NCBI GenBank assembly: GCA_041725915.1 | Contig: JBGRPZ010000007.1 | Span: 1,160-65,159 of the forward strand | Source of the DNA: Hyphomicrobiales bacterium | GTDB taxonomy: Bacteria; Bacteroidota; Bacteroidia; Bacteroidales; JBGRPZ01 | DNA length: 64,000 nucleotides | Direction: 5' to 3' | In this document: positions 10,695-20,363 of the stretch, piece by piece | Layout of the letters: each line of letters opens with the position of its first letter | Position numbering within the stretch: the stretch's first letter is position 1 | Translations under genes and position numbers: made by a program | The notes under the pieces: generated by a model | Database searches by the model: none | Seen by the model: only the letters and a program-made list of their open reading frames with translations | Told to the model about the DNA's origin: nothing

Positions 10695-11930
10695 TTATTG
10701 CAAAATAGTTCTTATCATATTAAGACTTGCGTTGGCTGTTCTCTTAATGTTTGATTCTCTATTTCTTCCAAAAGAAAAACACTTGGCAATGGTTTTCTTT
10801 GGGCTGGCAATTGCAATCCAAACAGTACCTACAGGCTTTTCTTCACTTCCTCCATCAGGACCAGCAATTCCGGTTGTTGCTATTGCAAAATCAGTGTTAA
10901 TAGCTTTTCTTACTCCATTGGCCATAGCAATAGCGACTTTTTCACTGACAGCACCATGTTTATCCAGATCATCTGCACTTACATTCAGTAGTTTATTCTT
11001 GATCTCATTAGAATATGCTATAACACTACCTTTGTAATATGCCGAGCTACCCGCAGTGGAAGTGATAAGGTGAGCAATAAATCCACCTGTACAGCTTTCT
11101 GCTGTAGCTATTGTTTGTTTGTTACTTTTTAATAACTCTCCGATTACATTTTGTAGCTTATCTTCATCCTGCCCAAATATATATTGAGGAATTAGATCGT
11201 ATAGCTGATTGATCTTGTGATCAATCAGCTTTTCCAGTTTTTCTTTATCTGTTCCTCTGGCAGTGATTCTAAGTCTCACCATTCCTGGTTGAGGTAAATA
11301 GGCTAAGGACATATTTCCTGATAAACTATCTTCCCAATCTTCAATAATTTCAGAGAGAAAAGATTCTCCAATACCATGAGTCATAACGGTTTTGTGAATA
11401 ATAAAACCTAAATCAAACTTTTCTTTCAGCTTGGGGATAATATGTTTTTCCATTACAGATTTCATTTCATAAGGCACACCAGGCATAGAAATAAAGATCT
11501 TATTATCTTCTTCAATCCACATGCCTGGAGCAGTTCCATATATATTTTCAATATATTTAGCCTTATCAGGAATGTAGGCTTGTTGTTTATTAAGGTCTGT
11601 AAGAGGAAGATTGCGACCAGAGAAGATACGTTCGATATTGTCCAAAGCATCACTATTTAAAACTAACTTTGAATTGAAGAGCTCGCACAATGTTTGTTTT
11701 GTAATATCATCTTTTGTAGGGCCAAGTCCACCTGTAATTAATATAATGTCAACTTCTGATTTACTGGCCTGTAATGTATTGATAATAGCTTCTTTTGTAT
11801 CTGAGATTGTTAGTGTTTTGTTGATTTCTATTCCTGCTTTAGTAAGCTCTTTGCCCATCCATGCGGCATTTGTATTTACTACCTGACCAATAAGAAGTTC
11901 ATCTCCTATTGATATTATGTTTGCCTTCAT
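10695..11930 (-). CDS. cinA: competence/damage-inducible protein CinA (NMN deamidase fusion)
   Basis: IGDELLIG, GGLGPTKDD, AESCTGG, TTGIAGP, KPVGTV. Confidence 0.95.
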   Translation of the reverse strand: MKANIISIGDELLIGQVVNTNAAWMGKELTKAGIEINKTLTISDTKEAIINTLQASKSEVDIILITGGLGPTKDDITKQTLCELFNSKLVLNSDALDNIERIFSGRNLPLTDLNKQQAYIPDKAKYIENIYGTAPGMWIEEDNKIFISMPGVPYEMKSVMEKHIIPKLKEKFDLGFIIHKTVMTHGIGESFLSEIIEDWEDSLSGNMSLAYLPQPGMVRLRITARGTDKEKLEKLIDHKINQLYDLIPQYIFGQDEDKLQNVIGELLKSNKQTIATAESCTGGFIAHLITSTAGSSAYYKGSVIAYSNEIKNKLLNVSADDLDKHGAVSEKVAIAMANGVRKAINTDFAIATTGIAGPDGGSEEKPVGTVWIAIASPKKTIAKCFSFGRNRESNIKRTANASLNMIRTILQ

Positions 11931-12344
11931 CTTTAATCTTAATTGATTGAGTAAAAATTCTGTACGAATATATGATTATAACAAAGAATTATGGGAATTG
12001 ATATAAAAAGAGCTTGTTACTTATGGAAGATATATCAGGTATTTTTGTTGAATCACTAGAATCACTATGAGTTTGAGTAGTTGAAGAGAGTTGTTTTTAA
12101 CATAAAAAAACACTTACTTTTTTTTTTAATTTTCATAATCATTAACCTAAAGATCAAAAGCCTAAAATCTGCTTTCCCCTGTATTTTTGTACATTTTCAC
12201 TAATCTACATAAACGCCTTGTAATCAGTACTTTTTAAATATATAATAACAAGATATATCTTGTCACTACAGCATGTTTTGTTGATAATCACGATCAAAAG
12301 TTAAGCGAATAAATCTCGTAGGTCTACTGATTAAAGGCAAAAAA

Positions 12345-12499
12345 CTAGGAGTTTTGTTTTAAAGTCTAGGAGTTTTGTTTTAAAGTCTAGGAGTTTTGTT
12401 TTAAAGTCTAGGAGTTTTGTTTTAAAGTCTAGGAGTTTTATTTCAAAGTCTAGGAGTTTTATTTCAAAGTCTAGGAGTTTTATTTCAAAGTCTAGGAGT
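12345..12499. repeat. 21-bp tandem repeat: 7 full copies plus a partial
   Basis: 4x CTAGGAGTTTTGTTTTAAAGT, then 3x CTAGGAGTTTTATTTCAAAGT, then CTAGGAGT; no spacers. Confidence 0.97.
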
Positions 12500-12652
12500 A
12501 AAATTTCGTAGGCTTTAAGGTAAATCTTATAGTTCAGTTAGTTATGTATTGCAAATCAATTAGTTAATTCTTTTAGATCAATTCACCTTTTCATTTTCTC
12601 AGGAAACAGATCTTTTTAGAGTCATATATAATCGAAATCCGAAGCTTTTGCT

Positions 12653-12682
12653 ATTTAACATAACATTGGGCTTATATGTGCG
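12653..12682 (-). other. XerC/XerD (dif/cer)-like recombination site, 8-bp spacer
   Basis: Minus strand CGCACATATAA-GCCCAATG-TTATGTTAAAT; right arm identical to the canonical XerD arm; near-identical copy at 61989. Confidence 0.6.
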
Positions 12683-12864
12683 ATAATCTACAATTTTAAA
12701 ATTGAAAGCCGAATTATCGCACTATACAGCAGTTAAAAATAAGCGATAAAGCTTATAAAGAAGGGAATGTAAGCATCTGGAATAAAAACATTCCCCTTCT
12801 AAATCTTCAATAATAAGTAGATTATTAAGATGAATTAATTGTAAAAGTATATTATATCTGAATA

Positions 12865-12894
12865 AACTGATTTAAAGAAACCTTTAAATCAGTT
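12865..12894 (-). terminator. hairpin/terminator after the PepSY-TM gene
   Basis: aactgatttaaag-aaac-ctttaaatcagtt. Confidence 0.6.
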
Positions 12895-12898
12895 CATA

Positions 12899-14452
12899 TT
12901 AATCAACTTTTCTTTTACGTCTAAATGCTCGCTTCAACCATAATATCAACCCACTCAAAAGAATTAAGAAGGTAAACAGTCCAAATAATGGAATAATCAG
13001 TATATAGAACTTTCCAACTATAGGCTGAAAGATACGTGCTGTATGGGTCTCAAGACATAAATTCCAGAATGACATTCGTGAATTCTCTCTTAGCTCTTTA
13101 GGCATTGTAAGGCTCTTGGCTGCACGAGGAGTCATCCCTATCACACCATCATTATAATCAATATAGAAATCTCCAGATATACTATCTTGTATTACACCAG
13201 AAACAGCATTCTTTCCAATTGGAGGGCCTCCTCTATTGATCACTGGTGGAGCACCTGAAAAATAATCTAACAACACATCATCATAAGGATTCCATTCAAA
13301 CAAACCAGAGAAAGAACCTACAAGGTAATGCCCTGATGGACTATCTTCCATCACATTAATACCCATAACACTAATTGGGGGTTGTAGCTTTGATAAGTCA
13401 GGAACATCATTGAATGCAGTATCTACAGTATATATACCTTCAATAGTTCCTACTAGAACCTTATTTCTTTTCTTATCGAAATGTACTGCTCTGATAATAT
13501 CAAAATATGGGTTGGGTTGGTCAAGATGTGTACCTGCTATCTTTGAAACTCTTGAACTGGCTATTGGTATAAGTAAAGGAGGACGTAAGAACATTCCCGT
13601 TATAGTTATAATCATAAGAAAGATTACAACCCAAATACCTACCTTCAGATGATACTTATGATGCCATTTATATCTCTTTGACAACTTCTTTTTCTTCTCT
13701 TTATCTTCTCTTTTCTTTCTTATCCTTTTGGGAATTATCCACATCACAAGACCGCTAATGGCAAAAAAGATCATAAGTAATGCCATTATATCTACAAATA
13801 TCTTTCCTGCGAAACCAAAGATCTCACCACTATGTATCATCCAGAAAGTACGGAAAAGGCTCACCTTGCCATCCAAGTTCTTTGCTGGCAGCAACTCCTC
13901 TTTCACAACAGAATAATCATTACCCTGCTTTGTCATAGTAAAGATATCAGAACGAGTAGCCAACAACAACTTATCATTCAATAAATCCAGATCTACAATT
14001 CTCTCTTCTTTGGTTGGAAGACCGTAATACATCCAATCACTATATAAATCAGGCTTGTAATAAAGACCAAACTCAGTTGCTGCAAACAGCTGATCACCCC
14101 ATCTTACAATATCATATATCTTACGGCCATCAGCTCCAGCACCAAAACCATTATTATAGTCATTAAACTGTGAGAAACTATTATCTGTAAGAAAGCAACC
14201 TTCATTACCATATACCAACATTTGTGTGGAATTCAGGCGCAGACCACCATTCAAAGCACCGAAATTCCAATTGCCCATTGCATATTCCTTTGGCAAAGCC
14301 GAGCGGGGAACATCCCATGATCGTATCCAATCCCTATGATTCATGAATATACCCGACAGAGACCAAATAACTACAAACACTGTCAATACTATAGAAAACC
14401 ATTTATGTATCCAAAGCCACCTTTTCTTCTTTTTCTTCTTTTTCTCACTCAT
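12899..14452 (-). CDS. PepSY-associated TM helix domain membrane protein
   Basis: IHKWFS...SGIFMNH, IHSGEIFG, HLKVG...TGMFL, THTARIF: repeated His-bearing TM motifs. Confidence 0.85.
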   Translation of the reverse strand: MSEKKKKKKKRWLWIHKWFSIVLTVFVVIWSLSGIFMNHRDWIRSWDVPRSALPKEYAMGNWNFGALNGGLRLNSTQMLVYGNEGCFLTDNSFSQFNDYNNGFGAGADGRKIYDIVRWGDQLFAATEFGLYYKPDLYSDWMYYGLPTKEERIVDLDLLNDKLLLATRSDIFTMTKQGNDYSVVKEELLPAKNLDGKVSLFRTFWMIHSGEIFGFAGKIFVDIMALLMIFFAISGLVMWIIPKRIRKKREDKEKKKKLSKRYKWHHKYHLKVGIWVVIFLMIITITGMFLRPPLLIPIASSRVSKIAGTHLDQPNPYFDIIRAVHFDKKRNKVLVGTIEGIYTVDTAFNDVPDLSKLQPPISVMGINVMEDSPSGHYLVGSFSGLFEWNPYDDVLLDYFSGAPPVINRGGPPIGKNAVSGVIQDSISGDFYIDYNDGVIGMTPRAAKSLTMPKELRENSRMSFWNLCLETHTARIFQPIVGKFYILIIPLFGLFTFLILLSGLILWLKRAFRRKRKVD

Positions 14453-14511
14453 TCACTTAATTGTTTTGTATAGAAAATATGCCGCAAATAACGTAATTGT
14501 ATTTGAATTAG

Positions 14512-14535
14512 GGAATACCTTGATGTAGGTATTCC
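14512..14535. promoter_or_regulatory. perfect palindromic operator upstream of the PepSY-TM gene
   Basis: GGAATACCT-TGATGT-AGGTATTCC; second copy at 51822. Confidence 0.6.
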
Positions 14536-14564
14536 ATCTGAAAAAAGGTTCTCAATAATTATTT

Positions 14565-14660
14565 TTTGTTATAATTCATTTATTTATATACCTTTGTAGC
14601 AACATGCTTACCCCGCTTCCTTCTATGAATAGCGCGCTTAGGGTAAGCCTTTTATTTTTT
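14565..14660 (+). ncRNA. candidate ~55-nt hairpin small RNA with its own promoter
   Basis: TTTG(14565)-N20-TACCTTTG(14589) promoter, then stem GCTTACCC...GGGTAAGC and a plus-strand T-tract. Confidence 0.4.
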
Positions 14661-17600
14661 ATGATTCTACTTCTTGTTTTTCTTCTGTTGTCGTCTTTTT
14701 CTCCTCTATAGAATTTATATAATCCTCTAATAAAATAGCATATTTATTTCTTATCTTCTTTGCCGTTCTTTCCTCTGTTATATCCTTAGGAGCATTCTCG
14801 ATAATATATTCAGCTAATTCATCTGTTATTTCTGTCTCAATAAAAGCACGGATTCTTTCTTTTCTTTTTTCTATTTCTATCTTATCTTTTATATTTAACT
14901 CAAGATCTTTGAATTTATCAAATGCATCTAAAAATATTATTCCTGCTGATCTAAAAAAGACAATTAACCTAAGATTAAAACTTAGATCATTCATTAGTCC
15001 TAGAGGATTAGAACTCTCTAAAATAGAAATATGATTATAATATTTCCCAAATGCAGGAATATAAAAATATCTATGATTATATTCTTCTCTAAAATCAGAC
15101 AAATTCTTTTGAAAAAATATTCTTGGAATATCAAAATCAGAAGTAGGCTTTAATTTAAACTTAACAGCTCTATAACAATTACCTATAGGTATATTATCTT
15201 CTATAGTCATATCTTTCATTAAGAACTCATAAAAGTCTTCAATGTAAAATCCATTTGTTAAAAAATCTTTTAATAAAAGAAAATCTCGTGTGATAATCTT
15301 ACCCTGATTTTCCTCTTCATTTAAAAAAGAATTAAAGACTTCATTGATTGGATACTTATATAAATCAATTTCACCGCTATATTCAATATCTTTGATTTTC
15401 AAATATTTCTTTAGCAGAGAATTATTGACTAAATCTACACATATTACTTCTTCTGAAGAAAACAACTCCTTTAATGATATATCAAATCCAGAATCCTTTT
15501 TATTTAAAAGGATTGGTAGCTTAATATTATTAATCTCATCTTTCGTTAGAGATCCCTTTAAACTCTGATTATTACAATATCTTAATATTAAAGAAATTAA
15601 TCTGAAATACGCTAAATATGATTTAGGAGAAACATTCTCTTTATCATTAGAATATTTTGAGCAAAAAGCATCTGAAATTTTATCTATAACTCCTGAAATA
15701 GATTCGAATACTCTTGAAAAGATCTTTTTAATTAATACTTCATTAACTAATTCTTGCTCTTTTCGTTTTATGGAATTATCTCTTGAGAGTTTCACTATTT
15801 TACCTGAGTCACAATTGTATAAATCCCAAGTAACTGATTGGTGTAATAGATTTTCATATCCTCTTCCACCAGATTGCTTAAAAACACTAACCCCTTTAAG
15901 CCTCAATCTTAAATCACCATATTCATTGTGTTTTTCCATTATAAAAATTGATACTTTCGATCCAAAGAACTCAGTTTCTTCTATTTTTATTCTAAAAGTA
16001 TATAAGTCTCTCCCTCCTGTTCTTTGCTCCTTCTTTATATAAATCTCATATTTATTTCTAAAATCAGACCCAAAGAAACCTGAGTAAATTAATTCATCAT
16101 TTATATCATATTCTTGATGATATAAAAAAGTTTCTGGATCCACTCCTTTCTTTGGAAATTTAACATGATCAACTAATTCACTATATCTTCTTTTCAGTCC
16201 AAAAAATGAATATAAAACATCATTATCTTCAGGTAACACCTCTGTTAATGTTTTCTTAGAGATTAGCTCATCACCTGTCTTCTCTTTATACTCATCAGGT
16301 TTTAGAAGAATTTCGATTCTAGTTCCTCTTTCCATATTAGGAACATTTTCAGTAATACTGGAATACTCCCCTTTACTTGCCGATTTAAATACAATTTCTT
16401 TAGCTTTTTCTTTCTCTGTTTTGGTTTGTATTTTAAACTCATTAGCTACAAGAAATATCGATTGTAAACCAACGCCAAAATCACCTGTAGGTTGAAGAAA
16501 GTATGGGAGTTCACTCTTTATATCCTGAAAATCTTTATCCTTTCTCCTACTTTCACCAACTTTAAAGATCATTCTCTTTAATGTTTCTGTGCTTATACCA
16601 TGCCCTCTATCTTCTAATTGAATAAGAATTCCTTCTCCTTTTTCACCCTTGTTCTTATAATCAATATGAAATTTAATAGGATAATTATCATATACTTCTT
16701 GGGGAATATCTTCAGGAAAAGTAATAAGTTGATACAATTCCTTTCCTTCATCTAATTCTTTTTGTAGGTACTCAATTCTTTCCTGTTCTCCCTCCTTCTT
16801 TTCCATCAAAAGATATTTTTGAATAATAGAATTATATCTATTATCCTTTATATCATACCACAATTGCAATTTAGTTGCATCCAGAGCATTTTGCACAATT
16901 TCTCGTAAAAACACTTTATCTGGTTCATCATAAATTGCACCTCCTTCAAGCATTTCAAATATTTTCTTTTGTGGAATATCAAAGCGTAAGTTTTGTAACT
17001 CAGAATCGGCATCAACACCTTTAAATTTTACAACAATTTTATCTTTTCTAATATTCGGACAAGTTCCTTTCAGATCAAATGGAGCTATATCGTTCTTCCA
17101 ATAATCCTTTAACTCTGTTCTTTCTTTTAGAATTAATTCTCGCCAATTCATAGCCTCACGAAATATTAGATCACTTGGACAATTCCAGGTAATCTCAATA
17201 CTATCCGGACAAATTAAAATATGTTCTACAGATGCATGTTTTCCTTCATGAGCCACTGAAGTATCAGGAATAGTATTAAGAGTTGCTATTTGAAATGGGT
17301 TAAACCTTTTATCGTCTGCATCCAATAAATCACCTAATCGAAGCATCGCTGCAATAAAACGAGGATGGCATAAATCATTATCATAACCACTCTGCTTATA
17401 TTGAAGATTAGACAACAACTTATCATAGTCATAACCATGAGCAGCTACAATCTCAGCAATCATCTTGGAGAAACGATCAGGTAAGAAATTTAAATTAAAC
17501 TGATTCATCAATTTTTGAAAGATATGGTCTGAAGAAGCTGTAATATATTCCTTACTCCTTTGTGCATGCCCCCTTCTAAAATAATCAGCTGTTATTAGAA

Positions 17601-18093
17601 TCATTGCATTCTTTATATCCAATGACCATAGTTCCTCAATCTTAAAGCTATCATCAACTTTTTCTCCCAATAGCTTTTTATTATAATTCAATATTAATTT
17701 GGCTGCATCTTTTAGTCCATTATCAGAACTTTCTTTAATTATATCTTCACAAAATTGAATCAATTGCCCACCCTTCCATTCCTCTGCAATAAATTGATGC
17801 AATACAACCATTCCAATATCATGAAGGTAAGCACTCATTAAAATAAGAAAAGAGTCTGTAGGAGAAAGCTTCTCAATTCCCTCTTTTCCTAATACTCCCT
17901 CTATTGATTTCACTATAGCTCTGGAATGGCTGGCTCCATGTTTGCTATAATGAGGAAAGTTATTTGTAATTGTATCTAATGCATCAGGGAGGTGATCCTT
18001 GTTTAATTTCCATATAGAATATAAAACTTTAAAATTAGGATAGGTAGTGCAAATCTTCTCAAGATGCAACTCAATAGTATAATTTTCAAACAT
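14659..18093 (-). CDS. HD-domain (HD-CE-like) + Hsp90-like GHKL ATPase fusion protein, putative conflict/defence effector
   Basis: HYSKHGASHS, AYLHDIGM, RLGDLLD; GHKL motifs LREIVQNALDA, EDRGHG, GDFGVGLQS, GTRI. Confidence 0.8.
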   Translation of the reverse strand: MFENYTIELHLEKICTTYPNFKVLYSIWKLNKDHLPDALDTITNNFPHYSKHGASHSRAIVKSIEGVLGKEGIEKLSPTDSFLILMSAYLHDIGMVVLHQFIAEEWKGGQLIQFCEDIIKESSDNGLKDAAKLILNYNKKLLGEKVDDSFKIEELWSLDIKNAMILITADYFRRGHAQRSKEYITASSDHIFQKLMNQFNLNFLPDRFSKMIAEIVAAHGYDYDKLLSNLQYKQSGYDNDLCHPRFIAAMLRLGDLLDADDKRFNPFQIATLNTIPDTSVAHEGKHASVEHILICPDSIEITWNCPSDLIFREAMNWRELILKERTELKDYWKNDIAPFDLKGTCPNIRKDKIVVKFKGVDADSELQNLRFDIPQKKIFEMLEGGAIYDEPDKVFLREIVQNALDATKLQLWYDIKDNRYNSIIQKYLLMEKKEGEQERIEYLQKELDEGKELYQLITFPEDIPQEVYDNYPIKFHIDYKNKGEKGEGILIQLEDRGHGISTETLKRMIFKVGESRRKDKDFQDIKSELPYFLQPTGDFGVGLQSIFLVANEFKIQTKTEKEKAKEIVFKSASKGEYSSITENVPNMERGTRIEILLKPDEYKEKTGDELISKKTLTEVLPEDNDVLYSFFGLKRRYSELVDHVKFPKKGVDPETFLYHQEYDINDELIYSGFFGSDFRNKYEIYIKKEQRTGGRDLYTFRIKIEETEFFGSKVSIFIMEKHNEYGDLRLRLKGVSVFKQSGGRGYENLLHQSVTWDLYNCDSGKIVKLSRDNSIKRKEQELVNEVLIKKIFSRVFESISGVIDKISDAFCSKYSNDKENVSPKSYLAYFRLISLILRYCNNQSLKGSLTKDEINNIKLPILLNKKDSGFDISLKELFSSEEVICVDLVNNSLLKKYLKIKDIEYSGEIDLYKYPINEVFNSFLNEEENQGKIITRDFLLLKDFLTNGFYIEDFYEFLMKDMTIEDNIPIGNCYRAVKFKLKPTSDFDIPRIFFQKNLSDFREEYNHRYFYIPAFGKYYNHISILESSNPLGLMNDLSFNLRLIVFFRSAGIIFLDAFDKFKDLELNIKDKIEIEKRKERIRAFIETEITDELAEYIIENAPKDITEERTAKKIRNKYAILLEDYINSIEEKKTTTEEKQEVES

Positions 18094-18242
18094 AAAATAA
18101 CTGACTTAATAAAAAAGAAAGCAATTTACAAATAAAGATCTTATAAATTACATCTATACACTAACCTCTAATAACCAAAAAAAAGGCTCCACAAAAATGC
18201 AGAGCCTTATAGTATCTTAACAATATTCCAGAATGAAATCTC

Positions 18243-18491
18243 TTAATACCCCTCTCCTGCTGCCATAATATTAGCAGGATCGAAAGCATGGCAAGGAGTA
18301 ACACCATGTACCATATCACACTTTGGGCAGTGAGTTTCAAATCTATCCATAGTCATTAACTGGCCACAACCATGACAATTGATCTCGAGAGGCATAGGCA
18401 TCATCTGGTCATTAAAACCCATACTACGTATCTTGTCTACTATCTGCTTACCATTCTCAAAACTTCCTGCACATCCATCATGAGGGTTCAT
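18243..18491 (-). CDS. small Cys/His-rich zinc-ribbon-like protein
   Basis: HDGC, CHGC, CPKC, TPCH; last gene of the hcp cluster, followed by a hairpin. Confidence 0.75.
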   Translation of the reverse strand: MNPHDGCAGSFENGKQIVDKIRSMGFNDQMMPMPLEINCHGCGQLMTMDRFETHCPKCDMVHGVTPCHAFDPANIMAAGEGY

Positions 18492-18519
18492 ACTCTTTTC
18501 CTTTCTTGTTTATTTCTAT

Positions 18520-19533
18520 TTATATATCTCTCAAGCTCTCACCACTACGTAAAAGCCCTCTCATATTTTGCAAATACTTATCTGTTTCTTCCAGCTTCGA
18601 TAACAAAGCCTTTTCTTCTTCTGAGGTTTCAATTACTTTATGAATACCTCCATTCTTTATAACGATCCTCCTATCACCCATTAGTGCAAGAATAGGGTCA
18701 TGAGTCGCCATAAGAACAATCTTCTCTTCTCCTGTAAGTAGCTCCAGTGCTTTCTTACGGTCAATACCTGCATTCTCTATCTCATCAATCAATATGATTG
18801 GCGATTTACTCAAAATGGCAGTATCAGCAATCATCAAAGCACGAGATTGTCCACCACTAAGGCTTGTAATCGGACGATCAGCGGCAAAACTCTCTCCCGC
18901 AAGGGCATTAGCAGCTTCTATGATCTTCTCAACAACAAGCTCACGATTTTCTACAAGTCGACTTTCTGCATGCAATTCAAGGAATTCCTCTACAGTAAGA
19001 TCCATCACAAAGTTCATATTCTGTGACAACTGAGCAACCAGCTTATGAGCAGAAGAAAACCTCCATTTCGAATCAGGCTTTTCACCATTGATCAATATCG
19101 TTCTGGATGTAGGGGTATCTTTTTGTGCTACCCATTCAATATCACCCAAAAGACGACTTTTGCCCGAGCCTGTAGGCCCTACAATACAAATGATCTCACT
19201 CTGTTTCACTTCCAGTTTATCAAAAGCTTCAGGATTTCCTGACTTATCAGTTCCGGGAAGAATAGACACAGATCTCACCTTGCTATTGTCATCTTCACCA
19301 ATAAACGACAACATTTGGTTGATAAACTCTACCAACGATGCAATAACCTGATCATTATCTATAGCTTTATCTTCTCTTTCTTCTTCTGAAATAGCTTCCA
19401 GAACCTCAACAGTTGTTTTTTCCTCATTACCATCAAGTTCTATAGTACTCCCTTGAAAGAATGATAATAGAAACGGATATCTTCTTACTAATACACCCAG
19501 CTTCTCATTTATTACTTTATCCTTGCTGATCAT
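18520..19533 (-). CDS. ABC-type ATPase with extra N-terminal domain
   Basis: GPTGSGKS, LSGGQ, ILIDE, ATHD; overlaps the upstream GTPase gene. Confidence 0.88.
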   Translation of the reverse strand: MISKDKVINEKLGVLVRRYPFLLSFFQGSTIELDGNEEKTTVEVLEAISEEEREDKAIDNDQVIASLVEFINQMLSFIGEDDNSKVRSVSILPGTDKSGNPEAFDKLEVKQSEIICIVGPTGSGKSRLLGDIEWVAQKDTPTSRTILINGEKPDSKWRFSSAHKLVAQLSQNMNFVMDLTVEEFLELHAESRLVENRELVVEKIIEAANALAGESFAADRPITSLSGGQSRALMIADTAILSKSPIILIDEIENAGIDRKKALELLTGEEKIVLMATHDPILALMGDRRIVIKNGGIHKVIETSEEEKALLSKLEETDKYLQNMRGLLRSGESLRDI

Positions 19534-20227
19534 CCTTATCGTCTATTTTCATTTTACGAACATTTCCCATCTGATATGATTCTCCTATTCTGGTCTCTCC
19601 CAAGCAATATGAACAAAGAGCCGAAGGCATAGGGAATCTTAACTTTTCACCCTGAAGTGTTTTTACTTCTTTATTATCATCATACATCAATGTAGTCAAT
19701 TCATATGCCCCCTGACCAGTAAGTCCATTGACATGAAGAATGGCTGCCGATGGGTTTACTATATTGACTTTAGAAGCAAATACTTCTCTTTCTGCCTGAG
19801 AAACAATATCCCCTTTGGTAATCACACAAATATCAGCAGTCTTCAACATAGGGCCAATTTTCTTAGGTGTATTGATACCACTAAGGTTATCAATCACACA
19901 TACAGCCAATATATTCTTGATATAAGGAGAACACCGATTACACAGCCCTGCACTCTCTGTTATCAATAAATCTAAGCCCTCTTTAATTCCCCATTGAGTC
20001 ACTTCCTCGATATTAGATACAAAATAATGATCAGGACAAAGCGAGCCCGAAAGCCCCTTTTTCACCTTTACACCTGCTTTCTCATACAAGACATCATCAT
20101 CTGTATGTAAACAGTCAAACTTTACAACACCTACATTCAACCCACGAGACTTAAATGACTCAATAGTCTTTAATATTACCGAGGTCTTACCAGACGACGG
20201 AGGCCCTGAAACAGTGACTAGATTCAT
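19517..20227 (-). CDS. HypB/UreG/CobW-like (G3E) metal-binding GTPase
   Basis: GPPSSGKT, LCPDH, ESAGLCNRC, TKGD, C-terminal CSYC. Confidence 0.85.
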   Translation of the reverse strand: MNLVTVSGPPSSGKTSVILKTIESFKSRGLNVGVVKFDCLHTDDDVLYEKAGVKVKKGLSGSLCPDHYFVSNIEEVTQWGIKEGLDLLITESAGLCNRCSPYIKNILAVCVIDNLSGINTPKKIGPMLKTADICVITKGDIVSQAEREVFASKVNIVNPSAAILHVNGLTGQGAYELTTLMYDDNKEVKTLQGEKLRFPMPSALCSYCLGETRIGESYQMGNVRKMKIDDKDDQQG

Positions 20228-20363
20228 ATATCTATTGTTTTTTATTCTATTCCTTTACTATAACTCACCTATAAGCTCACTCATATATCATCAATAAATA
20301 AACGACATTATAGCCATTTGTCAGAAATATAAAATGAACTGTACTTAATGTGAAAATATCAAC

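Noticed and set aside
12345-12499. CRISPR array
   Set aside because: Units are contiguous with no unique spacers, and there are no cas genes in the window.
14604-14711. 35-aa hydrophobic ORF resembling a type I toxin (MLTPLPSMNSALRVSLLFFMILLLVFLLLSSFSPL)
   Set aside because: The hydrophobicity arises from being antisense to a Lys/Glu-rich C-terminus, and the ORF would have to read through the terminator hairpin.
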